Source of the DNA: Eledone cirrhosa
Taxonomy: Eukaryota
Direction: 5' to 3'
Length of the DNA stretch: 64,000 nt
Assembly (NCBI GenBank): GCA_964016885.1
Contig: OZ024740.1
Coordinates: 288,858,001-288,922,000, forward strand
Shown here: one piece after another, positions 57,750-64,000 of the stretch
Layout of the letters: each line of letters begins with the position of its first letter
How positions within the stretch are numbered: position 1 is the first letter of the stretch
Notes under the pieces: generated by a model
What the model was told of the DNA's origin: nothing
What the model saw: the letters and a program-made list of their open reading frames with translations, nothing else
The model's database searches: none
Program-made: the position numbers and the translations under genes

Positions 57750-58370
57750 AATTAAAGACATGAAGATAAGGAAGGCAGTGGGACCATCTGATATGGTAAA
57801 AGCAGCTGGCATTGTAGGATATTATCTAGTCAGATGCATAGCTACTCAATGACTGACAGCAATATCATTGTAAATTGCTAGAATGATGAAGGAGATGCAT
57901 TAGAGAGAAGTAGCTACAGATGCATCAAATTAATCGACCAGGCCATGAAAGTTACTGAGAAGGTTATAACAACTAATTCGGGACAGATTTATGTTAGACG
58001 AGATGCAGTTTGGATTTATGCCAGGAAGGGTTACTAACAATGCTCTCTTTCTGGTGAGACAACTACAGGAGAAGTACTTAGCAAAGAGTAAGCCACTGTA
58101 CCTGGCTTTTGTAGATATGTAGAAGGCCTTTGACAGGGTCCTCTGCTCTGTAATCTGGTGGGTACTTAGAAAGCTAGATGTAGACGAATGGCTTGTAAGG
58201 GCTGTGTAGGCCATGTATAAAGGAGCAACCAGCTGAGTGAGTACAGTGATGAATTTGAAGTGTAGGGCTGTCCTCAGTTCACTTCAGTTTATCATTGCCC
58301 TTGAGACCATCACTAAAGTGTTTAAATCTAGCATGGCATGGGAACTCTTATATGCTGATGACTTATAGCT
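57750..58370 (+). mobile_element. Degenerate RTE LINE fragment
   Basis: Homologous to 20790-21430. Confidence 0.8.
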
Positions 58371-59899
58371 GAAAGATTTTAATTTAAATTGGAAAATGGT
58401 TATATTTCATAGAACTAGACCAGGTTTTGGCCAGGTTGGTAACTAAAGGGTTAATGATACATCCATTAGTGTTGATGGATGTAAAATAATTATACATGTA
58501 AATGATACTGTTTTGCTTTATTCCCACATCAACCTTGTGCAGTATTTATTAAAAAAAAAGAATAAAATATTCATCTATAGGAGCTTTCCATATGATTTCT
58601 TGATAAAGAAATGTTGATGCATTCTAGATGTCAATGTATACTAAAACAACTGAACACACTCATCATTATCATGTTTGAATAATATTAAGAATATTGTTCA
58701 TCGAAAATAGCAGAGAAAAATATATTCATAATACTCTATAAAATATCTTGACATTATATTATAAAAGAATCATACAATTTTCATCAGGCTTGGATAAGAA
58801 AACAAAATAAATTCTGTTCACATAGTTGATCCAGTGTTATTTTAACAGTTACAGTAAGACCTGTTTCTCTACACATGCCCAAAGTTATTTCCTATATTAT
58901 TGAAAGGATTAAAATAATATTAGTCATTGAGTTAATATTGGTTCTTCTTCACCACATATGTATTTTTAATTAGGTATTTAACATTCTCTTACTTAATCCT
59001 TTAGCATTTAAACTGGCCGTTTCCAGCCAGAATTCTCTCACCTCTTTCTGTTAAAACTGGCTGTAACCAGCCACTCACACCAACATTAAGTTATTGTTCT
59101 AAAAAAAAAAATAATATCAAAATCTCATAGAATCGATATTATGTGAAAATATAATAGTAAATATAGAGTAATGTAAATGCTAAAGGGTTAAATATGCTAA
59201 TACTAACCAAACTATTATTGTGCATGTGGATGGCATCTCAGTGTAATTAACATCAGTGATTTATTTTCTTTTAAATATTCTACCTAGTGATTCTCCCATC
59301 ATTACTTCTGCATGTACACTGACATCTATGCTTTGTTGAGGTCTAATAATGCCAAAAGAGTGGTCTTCCATATTTGTTGAATTTATTTAAATAATTGTTT
59401 CTACTTTAGGCACAAGGCCAGCAATTACCCAGTACATTACTGGTACTTTATTTTATCGACCCTGTAAGGATGAAAGGCAAAGTTAACCTCGGCAGGATTT
59501 GAACTCAGATTGTAAAGGGACGTAACTATGCTAGAAAGCATGGCGTCTAACCCTCTACTGATACTGCCAATTCACCGCCATGAATTTATTTAATTGATGA
59601 AATTTTTGAATATTTAAGGATATTGATGAATATTTAAGGATGATAGGCAAAGTCAAGTGATTAAGTTTATGTTGTGTATTCCTAACTAGATAGGTATTTC
59701 TAATTAGGTATTTAATGCTTTTTATGTTAAATATGTTAACATAAACTTTATTTTATTTTTATATATTTTAAGAGAGTAACCCCTTTGCGGGTTTGATAAA
59801 GTACCAGATTTGGTGTGAATAAGACCACCAAAACTGCAACTGCAACATGGTGAGGAAAGCAAAGAAGAACCATACCACATCATCCTTCACACAAATTAA

Positions 59900-62700
59900 C
59901 AAGGGACATGTTCAGGCCTTAGTTAGAGGGGCCTGTTCGAAAAATATATTGCAGTTTCCATTTAATGCCACAAAAACTGGCAATGGGCCTGCGACCTGCC
60001 TTGGAGGTGTGGGATGGACGCACAAAGATTGTGTATCCTGAGACCCCAAAGAAGGTCTGGAAGGGAGAAAACCATGACCCTTGGAACCTGGAACATCACA
60101 ACCCTTACAGGTAAGGAGCAGGAACCAGTGGAGAAGGCTAGATGCTACCGGCTAGATATAGTCTGGGTTTCTTCAGCAAAGTTCCATGGCTCTGATACTC
60201 TAAATTTGGATGGGGGGATGGAAATTCCACTATTCAGGTGTGGCACCAGAAATGACTGTACAGACAGGAGTGAGGATACTTACAAGCCCCCAGCTGTCAG
60301 AATGGTTTATGGACAGGATCCCATTAGGAGGGAGGATTTGCTTCTTGAAGCTTAAACAGGATGATAGGTCTCTGTGTGTGGTGCAAGTTTATGCACCAAA
60401 CAAGGAGTCTGAATACAAGTCCTTCCTTGGTGAAGTCACTGCAACATTAAATGTAGTTAAGCCTGAGCCATATATCTTGATGGGAGACTTCAATGCACAT
60501 GTTGGCACTGACCACTTGACATGGAAAGGAGTGATTGAAAGGAATGACGACCCCAATATAAATACAAATGGAAAGGCCTTATTAAACTTCTGTTCTAGCA
60601 ATGGACTCTCTTTTAGGAACACCTTCTAGCACGGAGACATCCATAAAAATACATGGAATAAGGGGAATTAGGGACAGAGATCAATAATTGATTTTGTTAT
60701 TGACTCTGATCTCTTCAATTCTGTGCTGGATGTACATGTTAAAAGAGGGGCTAAGCTGTCAACTGATTACCATCTAGTTATCTGCAACTTGAGACCACCT
60801 AAAGCCAAATAAGCTCACAAAGCTGACAGGTACAGGGCGACCTAGAGGATAAAATGGGAAGCATTGGTGAATAAGGAAGTCAGGACCAGGTATGCAGATA
60901 CAATTGCATCCAAATTTAGGATGTTGAGACAAAGTGGAGATTGTGCAGCTCAGCAGTTTCTGCTTCAGCTGTTAAATGTTGTGAAAGGCTTGATGTGGCG
61001 ACAGATGGCAGGGGGACGCCTTGGTTCAATCAAGAAATGAAAGATGCCATCCGAATAAAGAATGAGGTCTTCAAAGTTTGGCTTAGAAAGAAGTCCACCT
61101 TCTTGCACTTGTGGTACAAGCAGGCACAAAAAATTGCAGCAGAGACATTAAAGGCATCCAAAGTTACGACATGGGGGGACTTTAGGATTACGCTGGAATC
61201 TGATTTCAGATCAGCAAATAAAGTGTTCTGGTAAACTATTCGCTGATTTCATAAGAAGCTCTCCTCCACACCTGCTATCAAGAACGCATCTGGGGTTCTC
61301 CTCTTCAGAGAGATGCATCTTCACGAGGTGGAGAGAATACTTTGCTGATCTAAAACTGATCCCAACATCTTCTGATGTACACAAGGTGCACCTGTGAGTG
61401 GCGACTAATCTCTCAGAGGCTGTGGTCACAAGAGCAGTTAAAGAGCCCAAATATGGCAAGACCACTGGGGAAGATGAAATCCAGCCCGAGATGTTAAAAG
61501 CCTTAAACAGAGAAGGTATTCTCTGGATGACTTGTGTGTGTGGCTATTGAGAGTGATAAACTCAATTTTTAAAAAGGGAGACTAGAGAGATTGTTCCAAT
61601 TACAGAGGAATCTCCTTGTTAAGTCACCCTGGTAAAGCCTTTGCTAAGAGTCTTGCAAAGAGATGCAAGGAGATTGTCGAATCCAAGTTAACTGATGAAC
61701 AGTGCAGTTTTTGCCCTGGACACAGCACAGCCGACCAAATATTCACACTGGCAGGTCTTTGAGAAATCGCGGAAGTATTGCCAAGAAGTATATTCTTGTT
61801 TCGTCGACCTTGAAAAGCCATATGACCACATTCCTCAAGATCTGCTGTGGACAGTTGTGCAGGAGTATGTGATCGATAGTCTGCTTCTTGCTACCCTGAT
61901 GTCTCTATACAAATGCCCAAGTTTTTGTGTTTGGATAAATGGTGCTAAATCAAAACCATTCAATGTGGGAGTCAGACTCTGCCAAGGGTGTATAATGTCA
62001 CTTCTGCTGTTCATTATTTTCATGAACAGGATTGACATGCTCAGCTGGGTTGGAAGTGGTATCATGACTGGCGGGTGGAGTATAAAATTAGTTGGAATTT
62101 GCAGACGACATAGTGTTACTTAACTCGGCAGAAGACAATCTCCAACTTGCACTTGATACGTTTGATGCCATGGCTGGAATAGTGCACTCTACATGTAAAT
62201 GGAGTTCCACTGAAGCAAGTAGAGAAGTTCAAGTATCTCTGGGCCGTGTTCATGAGTGATCGAAAGCAGGAGGCAGAATTAAGTGTAAGAATTGCAGGAG
62301 CTGGTGCAGTAACGTGCCAGTTTCAACATTCAATAATCAAAAGAAAGGAGGTAGGCATAAAAGCCAAACTCCCTATCCTCAATTCAGTATTTGTGCCAAC
62401 TCTTATTTATAGTCATGAATCTTGGGTAATGACCAAAAGAATACGATCGTAAATACAAGCGGCTGAAATAGGGTACCTCTGAAGGGTCTTTGGAGTAACG
62501 TTATTTGATAGAATGCGTAGCTCAGAGATCAGAGAGTCACTCCAGCTAGAGCTGCTACTTCTCCGAATTGAGAGATCACAGCTCCGATACTATGGGCATG
62601 TGGTTAGAATGTCTCAGGAACAAATCGCTGGACAGATTTTATGGGCAAAACCAACTGGCAGGGAGAAGAACAAGATGATGATGATGATGACCATCATCAT
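59900..62700 (+). mobile_element. Near full-length RTE-clade (Rex3/Expander-like) LINE, disrupted
   Basis: LGTWNI, VYAP, MGDFNAHVG, TDYHLV APE motifs; CFVDLEK and HESWVMT RT motifs; (GAT)n tail. Confidence 0.9.
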
Positions 62701-63377
62701 CATCATCAACAACAACAACAACCAATCTATTCAATTGATAAATTTTCAGCAGAAGGAAATTATAGAACAAATTGTTGTTGCCCCTCATCTTTTTCAAAAT
62801 TTGTATCAAAGTGACTATATTAATAAAAATTTGAAATGGTTAAGAAAGGTCAAGATTGCTGAATTTGCATGTATTAATGTGACACATTAAATATATCAAA
62901 ATGATTAAATCATAGAATATGTCAAGCTAAGCTAAATCAACGGAAACGTCCAAGATGTTAATTCGACCTGCTAAAAATAGCAGCTAAAACTCTCTTGATT
63001 TGTGCTTTATACTCACAAGTTCTGATTTTACTGCGGATTTACCCATGCAAAATATTACACAAACTCACAGGGTTACATTTTGTACTTCTAATGTTTTTAT
63101 TTTCCTTCTCTTTGCATGTTCATTGCTCTTTCTCTCCCACTGTATTTACCTGCCTCTCACATGACTACACTCCTCTCCATGCACTCATAATCTTCTCTCC
63201 CCTTCTCCACTTTCTATCCCTCCCTCTGCTCACCCCTTACTTCGTCCTCATGCACAGCCCACCTATGTCTTTGTTCAACCCGTCGGTGGCCCAATGTTTC
63301 AATCGAACTATCACCGGCAATTACCAATTGCTAAAGTTACCACCACTTTAACCTAGTCCATTCTAAGTGGCGGTGGC

Positions 63378-64000
63378 ATGCGTCGAATGACTAAGAGACC
63401 TGCTTGGTGAAACGACTATGTGACAACCGGTCAGCCTTCGACCTCTCTTTCTCCACCAACTTCGGCACGCACAAGAGGAGCTAACTTGTCTCCACCTACC
63501 CCCTCCTCCTCTTCACCGCAGATTCCGAGCGAATTCAACCCGACCAACCCCACCACCCCTACAACTGTTAACCCAACACCCAACCTCCGCTCTAGTCCCA
63601 CCGTTAGAACCACTGCTGCCTCCTTTACTGACTCACTCTCTCCACTGAATTCCAACGCTGGCCCTCTACTGCCGGCTGCTGCCAGCCCACCACCTGATTG
63701 CACTCTCTGTGCCCGCACTAGCCGGTACTTAAAGACAATTAAATGTTACCTATGCCACGCAAGCTACCACAGAAGCTGTGTCGGCATCACCGAAGCTCAA
63801 GCCGAAAGGCTTCAACAATGGACCTGTCATCGGTGCCACTTCAGCTCTGACATATTCCGTGGGGATGCACAATGCTTCGATGACCAACTCTCTACCGAGG
63901 ACTTTTCCACAGCCCTCCAGGGTTTCTCCAAATCAAAGTTCGTTAACCGGATCCCTAAGGGAGCTCGGAATAGTTTTGCACGAGCCCTCTCTAATTTATT
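63378..64000 (+). mobile_element. 5' part of a CRE-like non-LTR element ORF with PHD finger (runs off window)
   Basis: CTLC..IKCYLCHASYHRSCVGI..WTCHRC (C4HC3) from 63699, then RIPKGAR; one in-frame TGA at 63408. Confidence 0.6.

Overview
Eukaryotic, AT- and microsatellite-rich genomic DNA. The SINE/LINE repertoire suggests a cephalopod (Octopus-like), which is an inference. The window has two host genes. (1) The 3' part of a + strand multi-exon gene: four phase-compatible exons (1411-15954), including a ~3.1 kb exon encoding a GGDAT(A/P)Y(S/G) octapeptide repeat. (2) A complete RPS27A (ubiquitin-S27a) gene on the - strand. The RPS27A introns carry tandemly amplified box C/D snoRNAs: six plus one SNORD58-like and four plus one SNORD126-like copies. 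Each amplified unit appears to carry its own splice sites (candidate non-coding or poison exons), and three TCT/YY1-like first-exon modules lie upstream. Between the genes is a 16 kb hAT (Charlie-type) element with matching TIRs and an 8-bp TSD. It encloses Penelope, Tx1-like LINE and second-hAT remnants, plus type I hammerhead ribozyme motifs in inverted pseudo-LTRs. RTE, CRE-like LINE, piggyBac and SINE fragments fill the rest. Nearly all long 'YIYI' ORFs are (TA)n artefacts.
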